A stretch of 42,228 nt of DNA, taken from a virus (taxonomy: Duplodnaviria > Caudoviricetes). Positions 1 through 9,400 of this stretch are shown here, one piece after another. The stretch is from positions 1-42,228 of the IMG/VR virus record IMGVR_UViG_3300048575_000467; one strand, given 5' to 3'. The translations under genes and the position numbers were made by a program. Within the stretch, counting starts at the first letter, position 1. Every line of letters starts with the position of its first letter. The notes under the pieces are model-generated. The model saw nothing but the letters and a program-made list of their open reading frames with translations. It was not told the origin of the DNA and did no database searches.

Positions 1-198
1 GACATGATCCTGGCCAAGGCCGAGGACAAGGGCGTGCCGGTCATCGTGGTGCGCGACGACACCTTCTCCGTGGCCAAGAAAATGGAACTCATGCTCACCA
101 GGGAAAAACTGCGCGACCGGTCCCGCATCGAACACGGCATACGTCTGGTCAACCAGGCCGTGGACCAGAATCTTTTAAAAAAGAACCTGGGGCTGTAA
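1..198 (+). CDS. 3' end of host DRTGG-domain / phosphotransacetylase-family protein (partial)
   Basis: ILAKAEDKGVPVIVVRDDTFSVA...K matches the DRTGG C-terminal pattern; the ORF runs off the window start. Confidence 0.7.
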   Translation, partial: DMILAKAEDKGVPVIVVRDDTFSVAKKMELMLTREKLRDRSRIEHGIRLVNQAVDQNLLKKNLGL

Positions 199-205
199 TC
201 CTCCT

Positions 206-239
206 GGCAACGCGCCGGCACGAAAGCCGGCGCGTTGCC
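206..239 (+). terminator. 14-bp GC-rich stem-loop after the host gene
   Basis: ggcaacgcgccggc-acgaaa-gccggcgcgttgcc; no U-tract. Confidence 0.5.
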
Positions 240-244
240 GGAGG

Positions 245-572
245 CAGTGCACCACGGTATGCTCGGGCAGTCAACTCGCGGAATCAGTGCGTGGAGAAAC
301 GTCTTGAACTGGCACGTGCCAGATGACGCCAGACCCGAGGTACAGCATGATCACGGCAAGCCCGCCCTCGGCTACATGTGGGCAGGTCCGCCGTACACCG
401 GTGCTGTGCTCCACGTGAATGTCCACCCGACATCAGCCGTGGTCAGTTCATTCGCTTCAACAAACCATGGCTCGGTCAGGCCGAGAATCCGCGAATACAG
501 ATCCGTGTCCTTCATGGGTGCCTCTGGAGAGGACGGAACCGGCCAGCTCCCCACGGGAATCCCGGAAGGACT
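245..572 (-). pseudogene. ISL3-family transposase N-terminal remnant with left end (frameshifted, truncated)
   Basis: MKDTDLYSRILGLTEPWFVE, then in shifted frames RVDIHVEH, RDHAVPRVWRHL and TCQFKTFLHALIPRVDCP (ISL3 zinc-finger region); terminal-like sequence gtccttccgggattcccgtggg near 550-571. Confidence 0.75.
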
Positions 573-652
573 ATCTCTTTACGGAACGTGAAACTAGCCG
601 GCAACGGGAGATCCGCCGGCTCTGGTCCTTCCCGGCCTGTTTCATGGAAATC

Positions 653-681
653 TTGACGAGGAGCATTTTCCCACGTATTAA
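653..681 (+). promoter_or_regulatory. Original host sigma70 promoter of tRNA-Thr
   Basis: TTGACG(653-658)-N17-TATTAA(676-681), 17 nt upstream of the tRNA 5' sequence. Confidence 0.6.
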
Positions 682-698
682 ATTCGACTCGTAACGAC

Positions 699-739
699 GC
701 CAGCATAGCTCAGTTGGTAGAGCAGCTGATTCGTAATCA
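699..739 (+). repeat. attL: displaced 5' half of tRNA-Thr(CGT), 41-bp direct repeat
   Basis: gccagcatagctcagttggtagagcagctgattcgtaatca is identical to 42163-42203; the sequence diverges from the tRNA after the anticodon arm. Confidence 0.95.
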
Positions 740-777
740 TCCCAGGGATGGCGGATTTAAAGGGCTGGCTGGCGGGG

Positions 778-795
778 TGACCGCAAATTGACCGC
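778..795. promoter_or_regulatory. Integrase arm-type binding sites, left arm
   Basis: tgaccgcaaattgaccgc is identical to 42043-42060 near attR. Confidence 0.7.
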
Positions 796-799
796 TGAT

Positions 800-1426
800 T
801 CAGGGATTCCCCGGAGGGTAAGAGGTCGAGACGGCGGCAATGGCCGTCCTGGCCTCACGGGCGGTCATCCGGCCATCCACAACCGCCGCCGATACTGCCG
901 CCAACTCGGCATCCCTCACCGCCTGCCAAGCGAAGCAGGCCGAAACATGCGCCGCCCCCGCCGCCCTGACTTTGGCATAGAGCACGGCGTCCATGGTCAC
1001 CCAGGCCCCCGGGCTGGCTTTCCAGGGAGTGGAGTAGGCAGGGACAGCCGCCAGCATGTCGGCTAGCTCCAGGTAGGCAGTCCGGGCCGATTGATCCGAG
1101 TCGAATAGAACGCCATCGACCCGAAAACCAGCGTCACGGGCGCGGCATTTTTCGGTCTGCACCTCGGCGGCTTTTGCGGTTATGAGGCTCTCCAACGGAG
1201 GCCCGGCCGGCTCCTCCACCGCCCGATCCTCCGCGCCCAGCGCCACGGCCTCGGCCCGCGACAGCCCCAGGCGGGCCAGCCCGCCACCACCGACCAACAC
1301 CCAGCCCCCCGCCGCGTCGTAGCCCCACTCCTCATCCATAAGCGCCTTGAGGTGGGCCAGAGCGGCGGCGCGAGTCGTCGGATCGTCCAGATAGGCCTGC
1401 AAATCATGCTGTGTTGCGACTACCAT
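800..1426 (-). CDS. Tail fibre assembly / DUF4376-like protein
   Basis: GFRVDGVLFDSDQSAR...WKASPGAWVTMD...HVSACF pattern; directly downstream of the fibre gene. Confidence 0.7.
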   Translation of the reverse strand: MVVATQHDLQAYLDDPTTRAAALAHLKALMDEEWGYDAAGGWVLVGGGGLARLGLSRAEAVALGAEDRAVEEPAGPPLESLITAKAAEVQTEKCRARDAGFRVDGVLFDSDQSARTAYLELADMLAAVPAYSTPWKASPGAWVTMDAVLYAKVRAAGAAHVSACFAWQAVRDAELAAVSAAVVDGRMTAREARTAIAAVSTSYPPGNP

Positions 1427-1438
1427 ACCCCATACCTC

Positions 1439-3415
1439 CTACAGGCTCACGGCCAACGGCTCCGCGACACCGCGCGCACCGACATTCGCATACAGAAACA
1501 GCGGGCCGCTATTCCAATTCGCGCAACGGGAACCGCAAAACGCCCCATCATTCCAACCGCCACCCAGGAACGCACGGTTCGGCGCTTCGTAGCCGAAGCC
1601 CAGCACCCCGCTGTCATTGCCGTCATAGGCCGCAACCCAGCTCGCACCAGCCGCGCCGCCCCCTGGCTCCGCGCTCCATTGCCAGAGGACGCCACAGGTG
1701 TCCTCGCATCCGACGCTGGAGACCATACGACGGCCGGCGGTGTCGGTATGGCCGGTCGTGATCCCGGGATCGGCGCTACCGGAGATATTGGTGCCCTGGT
1801 TTGCCCCGATAGACAGCGCCACAAATTCGTGCTGGGTCGGGAGCCGCTTGCCGATCTGGCCGAGCCATTGGCTGAATTTATACCAGTGGAATGCCGGTGC
1901 GGAAGCGCCATCGGCAATCGTGCCGCCGTTGACCGATACCAACCGACCGGCAGAGACAGAGGCCAGATAGATATCCGCCCATTTGCCTAGGCCCTCGACG
2001 TAGACCATTCCCCGAGGAGAACAGATGGGCCGGTGGCGCAGATCCCAGACGCTGGCAGGCAGGATATCTCCGGCGAGATAGCCGGATAGAGGGTGGTCGG
2101 ATATCGTGCCCACTGCCGCGCACAGGCAGTGAAAGCCGCCGATCTGGATGTATTTCCCGGCCACAGCCCCCGTAGGGAATGTGGCGTTGGCCGATATGAC
2201 ATACGGGAATGGAGCATCATACGAGATGGCGTACAGGTAGAAGTCCTTGCCCGCCCGGTTCGCCGCGACAGTATAATCTGTCCCAGATGCATCCCAGACG
2301 GACGCTGACGACAGCGACAACGGGATGCTGACCTCCTGATAATATTCATCCAACAGCATACCCCAGATCCCCGTGGGGGTGCTTATTGTACGACGCGCCA
2401 AATCGGGGTCGTCATAACTGCTATACGGGCGCAAACCCTGCACCCAATCAAATATCCGCGCCGCCCGGGCACGGACATCAACCAAAGCCGCCGCCGAGGC
2501 CGCCGCAGCATTTTTGGATGCCAGGGCCTCATCGCGGGCGGCCGTCGCAGCCGTGGCCGAACCCGCCGCATTAGTCGCAGACGTGGCAGCGGCATTCTTA
2601 GAGGCCAGCGCATTAGCCTCGGACGTGGCTGCGTTGGTCGCCGAGGCCGCCGCAGCCATTTCAGACGCCGACGCATCCAGGGAGGCCTGCCGCGCTTGGT
2701 GGCTGGCCGCGGCGGATTCGGTCCTTGCCGTCATCGCCTGATTTGCAAAAACGCCTGCATTGTCCGCTGCCTCCATGGATTGAGTTGCAGAACCAGCGGA
2801 CTGGACAGCCGAAAAAAATGCATCTTGTTTAGATGCGCTGGCTCTCGTGGCCGCCGCCTCCGCTTGTCCGGCTTGAAATCCGGCAAGGCTGGCCGACGCG
2901 CCGGCCCCGGCAGCCGCCTGGGCCGCCTGGCTACTGAAAAAAGAGGCCGCGTCCGACGCATCCAACGCTCTGGCCATGATGGTCAAAAACTCGTCCCCGC
3001 CGACGACCTCTTCGCCCTTCGTCGTCTCTTTCATCAGCACGGCCCGGCCCAAGGTCTCGTCCACCTGCTGCACCATGGCCGTCAGCCGGTCGAAAGTCCC
3101 TTCCATGACGGCGGCCGGCGTGGCCGCGTTCTCGACCAGGTCGGTTTCCTGCGTGATGGGCACGACTCGCTTAATCAGCAAGTATTCCCCGACCACCGGA
3201 GCCGTGCCGGTCAATGTCACTGTCCCGCCCTCTTCACTGCCCACGCCGGCCACCGTGTAGCCACTGCCCAGGGACAGCACGGTTTCCCCGCCAACGATAT
3301 CCCGCAGCAGCACCCGCAGGTCCTCGGCGCGCCAGATCCGGAACAGGAACGGGAAAACGGTTTGTGCCCCCGTACCCGCGTAAAGGTGTTTGTTCGTGCT
3401 GGTGGCAATGGTCAT
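1439..3415 (-). CDS. Tail fibre / receptor-binding protein with Mtd-like C-type-lectin C-terminus
   Basis: N-terminal podovirus fibre anchor (YAGTGAQTVFPFLFRI), Ala-rich stalk, C-terminal GVLWQW...GGGWNDGAFCGSRCANWNSGP...NVGARG as in BPP-1 Mtd. Confidence 0.85.
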   Translation of the reverse strand: MTIATSTNKHLYAGTGAQTVFPFLFRIWRAEDLRVLLRDIVGGETVLSLGSGYTVAGVGSEEGGTVTLTGTAPVVGEYLLIKRVVPITQETDLVENAATPAAVMEGTFDRLTAMVQQVDETLGRAVLMKETTKGEEVVGGDEFLTIMARALDASDAASFFSSQAAQAAAGAGASASLAGFQAGQAEAAATRASASKQDAFFSAVQSAGSATQSMEAADNAGVFANQAMTARTESAAASHQARQASLDASASEMAAAASATNAATSEANALASKNAAATSATNAAGSATAATAARDEALASKNAAAASAAALVDVRARAARIFDWVQGLRPYSSYDDPDLARRTISTPTGIWGMLLDEYYQEVSIPLSLSSASVWDASGTDYTVAANRAGKDFYLYAISYDAPFPYVISANATFPTGAVAGKYIQIGGFHCLCAAVGTISDHPLSGYLAGDILPASVWDLRHRPICSPRGMVYVEGLGKWADIYLASVSAGRLVSVNGGTIADGASAPAFHWYKFSQWLGQIGKRLPTQHEFVALSIGANQGTNISGSADPGITTGHTDTAGRRMVSSVGCEDTCGVLWQWSAEPGGGAAGASWVAAYDGNDSGVLGFGYEAPNRAFLGGGWNDGAFCGSRCANWNSGPLFLYANVGARGVAEPLAVSL

Positions 3416-3418
3416 GCG

Positions 3419-6400
3419 CTAATCCTTCTTGCCCGCGAACAGCAGCCGGCGCGGGTCTTTGGTCTTGCCCGTGGCCAAGTCGCGGGCTCCTTCATAGGTG
3501 ATCCAAATCTGACGCGAGGGGATACCATACATGAATCCGCCAACCATGGTGGAGTGCTTCATGAATTTTTCAAATTCTTCGGCTGTGTTATGCCCATTCG
3601 CGATACGGCCGAGACTGTGTAAAGCCCAGACAGCCTCAACCCCGAAGTCCATCGCGGGCGTTCCTTTGTAGCCGAAACTTTTCCCTGTTATCATTTCGCT
3701 TAAAGCGGCACTGCCTAAATCTCTGACAAAAGGAATTGTGGCTACTGGCGAGCTAACAATATTATACAACATTCCAATTGGATCGTTTTCTCTGTCATGC
3801 ATGAAGTTCAATATAAGCCCGGTAAAAATTGCAGGAATAATAAAATCATAACTCATCTTTTCAGAGAATTTTAACCACGAAATATTCCCCTCCTTAGCCC
3901 TATTAAAATTCTCCCATAGCCTGTTTCCCATGGCATTTTGATAAGAATAGAACATAGTGAACAGGCGATAGGCGGCGTTGCCTCGCATAATAGCGGGCTG
4001 CGAAAATAAGTTTCCGTCTCCTTGCGTACGTCGAACAACACTTTCAGCATACTCCTTGGCAAATCGCTCCGTCTTTGCCTGTTCCTCCGCAAGCACCTCC
4101 GAAGGATGGTATTTCTCGGACAATGTTGAAGCATATTTCTTCATCCCATCCCGGTACGCCGCTTCAAAAACGATGCTGGCAGCTAAGACATCAAATGTTC
4201 TTGTTGCTACAAAGTATGCATCACGCACTTGCTCTCCAGTAATGAGGTTACCTCCGAGACGTAAACTATACTTGCTGACTTTAAACGATTGGAACGCCTC
4301 CCGAACATCACGGTCAAAGTTCATCGACCTCCGTTTCAGAAAGGCGGACCGCTCCGCTACGGATCTGGTCATATTGATGGGGTGGCAAATGAAATCCTTG
4401 AGCGCTCCAAGGAGCACCGGGGCCGGCACTTCGCCCAGGGCGGGGAGCAATGCTGATGGCTGGACAATGGCGGTTGTTGCTTTGGCTCCAATATACGCGA
4501 CCGTGCCGTTCGTCCGCAGTCTCGATAGCCAGCTTTCTGCGTCACGAAGGGCTTCGTTGCCTATAGGCCGGCCGTCCCTGGCAAGAGCCTGCAACAATGG
4601 AACAGCTTGCCTGTAATGGCTTACACCTACATAGTTTGATATGCTTTTCTTTATGGTATCATGCCGTATAAAACGGTAGACGTCGCGCATTGGCTCGGCG
4701 AAACTCGTCCAATGGATAGCCTTACGCAAGTGGTTCTCTAAAACGTTGAGTTCCAGGCGCGGTGGCTCGACGCTTCCCATGCGCCCCTTCGTCATGCTGT
4801 TGCTTGGATAGATGGGTTGCCACGAGTTATCCGCAAAAAACTTCTGGTCCTCAAGATCGGAGTACATTTCGCCCTTTGTCGATCTCCGGGGATCGGCCAC
4901 GATCGGCATGTATCCACCCGCCACGGTTCCATAGGGAGTTTCCCACGGGGTTGGCGCGACCATGCCCATCGGACGGCCGTAAATTGATCGATAGACAGCA
5001 TCCAGGTGAGGCCGCAGGCGTTCGTGGAGAGCCCAAACGCCGGTTACAAAGTTCCATTCCTCCCGCGTCAACTGATCCGTGATTTTTTTTATTTGCGCAT
5101 CAGTCAGGCGCATGCCTTCGCGGACGGTTCGAAGGTTACCTTCGTTCCCGCAGTTAAGGGCGACCATAACCATCTGTTCCCGAGTTATCAGAAAGGGAAC
5201 GTCTGTGACGGCATGTCTCTTATTGTAAAATTCCCATCCCATATCCCCCCGTATCGGTTCAAGAAGCTCCTTATATCCGGCGTTAAACTCCTCCCAAAGT
5301 TTTAGCTCTCGCTCTGCTCCGCGAGCCAGGGGCATAAGCCCAAATTCCACATTCGGCCCAAATGGCCCTTCCCCGTGTGCGCCCTCCTTCCACCCATCTG
5401 CCGCACGTAGCACGGTTTCCAGTTGAAGGAGCATCGCCCAGGTCTTCGTGGGTACGCTTTCATCCGACCGGTCCGGGATGACGTAATGTCCCGGGTCCTC
5501 CGGCGCGACGCGCTTTTTATTGTCCGCCGTGAATCTGGCTGACATTTCTGTTATCTGGTCGAAGGTGAGTTTGCTTTGATAAGACAAGGCGTGGTTTTTT
5601 TTGCGCCCGATCGAGGCCAGCGCATCAAGTATGCTGCCAACCTCCACCAACTCATCAAAGGTCATGTCCTTCCAGTTTTTCCTGAAGTTGGGATCGAGGA
5701 ATTTCTCCGGCACCACCATGCCCACCAAGGAATCTGGCGGCAGCGTCTCTAAAAGCAGTTCGCGCAAGGGCCGCATCCCGCCAGGGTCTTTGGGCATTTT
5801 TGATTTGGCCGTAATGAGGCCGAATCGGGCGGCCAACGCCCTTATGTGCTCGGAAAATTCCCCGTCCACGGTCTTGCCGTCCACGGCCTTCTGGACTTTT
5901 TGCAAGGCCTTGTCGGTCTCTTCCTTGACCCGCACCCGTTCGCGCACCCGGGCCACGGATTCGCGCAAGCGTTCGGATGCCTCGAAAGCCGCTTCCAGGC
6001 CCTTTCTCCGTTCAGCCTCCAACCGCTCTCTTCCCTGGGCCCGGGCCTCGGCCCGGCCTTCCTGCATGCCCTCCTTGAAGGCGATCCGCGCCGCATCCTG
6101 CTGCCGCTTCAGACTGGCCACCAGGGCATCCGATTCGGAAATGGCCTGTCTCCAGGGCCTCACGCCCGTCTGTTCCTCAATGAGCGTTTTGATTGCGGAC
6201 GAGCCCCGAGGTTTCTTGCCGAGCAGCTTGCCAAAAATCTCCGACTGTTTTTCCAAAGCCTGCTCGTAGCCGTCCGTGGCCACGGCCTCTTCGGCCGCGT
6301 AGGCTCCCTCCTGTTCCATGCGCCGGGCCGCCACGTGCTGGTCCACGAAATCCTTGCGCCCGGGTTGGGCCAGAAGGAACTTCACCAAGTCGTCCACCTG

Positions 6401-9400
6401 TGTGCCGTCCGTGAACCCCAGTTCCCGGGCCAGTTCGTCCGGGCCGATGTATTCGTTTTCTTTGACCACCAGCTTTTGCCGGCGGTTGCCTTCCTTGTGG
6501 CCCTCGTAGCGGTTGGCCATGCGCTTGAGATCGGAAATGATGGCGTCATCGTAGAACAGGCGCAGGGAGCTTTCCGACAGGCCGCCGGACTCAACGATGC
6601 GCTTGTAGGCCTGCCAGCCGCCGGAAAGCTCATAGAGTTCCTTGGCCTCGGCCGCCCAGGCCTTATCATCCTGGGCGCGCTCCCGGGCCACCAGCCTGTC
6701 CATGCGGGCCTCGGCCTGGCGCATGGCCTCGCCCCACAGCCAGTCATATTCCCGCAGTTCGGCGGCAAGGGTCGGATCGGCCGCCGCCAGGGCCAGGATG
6801 TCCTGATCCTCGAAGGCCCGTTCCATGCCCATGGTTTCCTTGGCCAAGGCCAGTTCCACCACGTCGCGGGGGCGCAGGTTGCCGCCGCCCCCACCGGCCG
6901 GCCGCTCCTGGCCCAGGGTGGCCCGCAGGCTGTCCCGGGCCAGACGCGCAATTTCCTGGTCAGTGAATTCCACGGCCAGGCCCTGCCGGCGCAGGCTGTC
7001 CCGAAACAGTTGCACGAACCGTTGCCACAGGCTGGCGTCCTCTGGCGTCAGGGCGTTTTCCAGCAAGGCCTTGTCGGCAATGAGGGCAAACCGCTCTTCG
7101 GCCGCCCGTCGCAGGCCTCCGGGCTCGGACAGGTCGATGCCGTGAGCCTCGGCGATTTCGCGCAAGCCGTCCGCGCCGCCGTAGGTTTTCACCAGCCCAT
7201 CCCGCCAGACGTCCAGATCCTTGCCGAGCAGCACCCGCAAGCCCTGGTGGATGCCCTGTTCATGCACCCACAGCTTTACCGCTTCTTCCGGGCTGCCCAG
7301 GCGGTCGGTAATAAAGATGACCCGGTCCCCGGGCAGGGTGACGGCCTTGACGTTGGGATTGTCCAAGGCGGCTTGGCGCACCTCGGGAACGGAAATGTCG
7401 CTGGCGGACAGGGCGATTTCCACCGGCAAAGCGTTTTCGGCCCGGCCCTGGAGCGGGTCCAAGACATCGGCCAGGGCTTTGACCGGCCCGTCCTTGGCGG
7501 CGGCCTTGTCTGCGGGATCGGAGAGGGGTATGGAGGTGTCACGCCCTGCCAGGCGTCCAGGACGTTCGGGCCGGGGTTCCGGGATTCCCGGGGCATCGGT
7601 CGAGGCAGGGTCTTCCTTCCCTTCTCGCGCACGGTCGGGCCATAAAACGTCCATGTCATCCGCAGATGCCTTGCTTTCGCCGGATTCGGGCCTTATATTT
7701 TCTTCGGACCCTGCCAGGCGTTTCGGACGTTCGGCCCGGGGTTCCGGGGTTCCCGGAGCATCGGACGAGGCAGGGGTTTCAGCCCCTTCAAAATACTTGG
7801 CATCCCGTATCCACATCGTTCTCGGCTCAAGGGTTCTGCTTCCCGGCCTGGCCGACTCCACATAATAGATCGTTCCGTTGACTCGCTTCACGAACACGAC
7901 ATTGCCAGGACGCGACCCTGTTTGCACATCATCAGGCGTCAGCAGCACGTCAGGGATGCGCAAGATGTCTTTCGGCTCTACCCCTCTATGCCCTGGCAAG
8001 CTTTCGTTTCCGACGCCGTGACGCATGAACACATGGCTGACAAACGAAGGGTCGATGACATGCCGATAAACAAGGGCGTCTGTTCCGGTTTTTTCTTTGA
8101 TCTTCCTGGCGACATCCGGTTCGACTATGCCAATGACTTCTTGTGGCGCTTTCTGATTCTGCACAGCCAAAGCCATGGCCGTTTCAATCGTCTGCCGGAC
8201 CTGGGCCGGGTTGGGCTGTTCCACCGATTCCACGGCCAAGCCGTAGCCGCCCTCCATTTCCGCCATGCGCGCCGCGATGCCCTGCTTTCCAAGTTCTTCG
8301 ATCTTTGCCAGCGCTTCGTTTTCCGAATAGACGCCCCCCTTACGGGTGAGGATCACCGGCGGTTCCGCCGCCGGCCCGGCCGCAGCCTCGCCGAGCTTGA
8401 CGCCGTCATAGTTGAGCAGCTTGAGCGCGGCCGTGAACCGCTGATCCGCCACGATGTCGGCCACGGGCATGGGCGCGTCCGCGATGGGGCCAAGCACCTG
8501 CGCCACGCCTGCCGGGTTCAGCCCGGCCTGGCGCAGCAGGTCGGAAGGATTGACCACCGCATCCCCGGCCACCACGGCCGACAGATCGAGCACCTGGCCG
8601 TCCTGCCGTCCCTCGGCCGGCGGCGTCTGGCCGGGCTCGGCCTGGGGGCCGGCCTCGGCCTGGGCGCGCAAGGCAAGCAGTTCCTGGGCAAGCCGTTCAT
8701 CCGCAAAGGGCGTCCACTTCACCCGTTCAAGAAGCGCTTTCCCTTCCGGACTTTTGTTGAACCAGACCATTTTCGCCGACGGGAAAGTCAGGTCATAATC
8801 CAGCCGCCCGGCCTCATCAAATTCCGCAAGGCTGATTCCGAGAGGTTCAAGGAATTTTTTCAGGCGGCTGTTGCCTTCCGTTTTCAGGTACGGCTCGAAG
8901 GCCGCGTGCACGTCGCGCGCGGACAGGTAGGATGTCTCCGGGTAGCCGGCCTCCTCAAAGACCTTTGCCGCATGAGCCTCGGCCAAGGCCGGCGACCGGG
9001 CCAGGGTCTTGGACTTGGCATAGATATCGGAGACGCCCTTGACGAACTGCGGGGCGTGAAAACCGGCGAACAACAGCCCCTGGGCCAAAGCCTCTTCCAT
9101 GTCGCCGGTCTCGTACAGGGTTGTGCCGAAAGCGAAAGCACCCGCCGCCGGGGATTGCAAAAGCCCCGGCAGGGTTCCAAATGCCTGTAGCGCGCCACCG
9201 AACAGCGCGCCGTGAACGCCGCCGTAAGTCGCGCCCTCCCATCCGCCTTCCGCGCCGCCTCTGATAGCTCCTTGCAAACCCATGGCAGTCATAACCCCGC
9301 CCGGGAGGGCACGGCCGGCAAGGGAAAGAATCCCCAAATCCATCGGCAAACGGCCTATCCCGGACATCAACTTCCCGGTAAAATTCGTGGGGACAGACCA

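Noticed and set aside
245-572. Active IS element
   Set aside because: Only the frameshifted 5' part of an ISL3 transposase is present; no catalytic domain or right end.
2480-2970. Ala/Ser repeats (ALASKNAAA) in the fibre gene
   Set aside because: Ordinary coiled-coil stalk repeats of tail fibres.
7544-7775. The 67-nt units as tRNA genes or CRISPR repeats
   Set aside because: They have a 7-bp closing stem but lack D-loop/T-loop consensus and CCA; only two copies, and too long for CRISPR repeats.
5846-9190. Long + strand ORFs (599 aa, 422 aa) and similar shadow ORFs opposite portal, terL, MTase and capsid
   Set aside because: Antisense shadows of GC-rich genes; no RBS or motifs, and typical reverse-frame composition.
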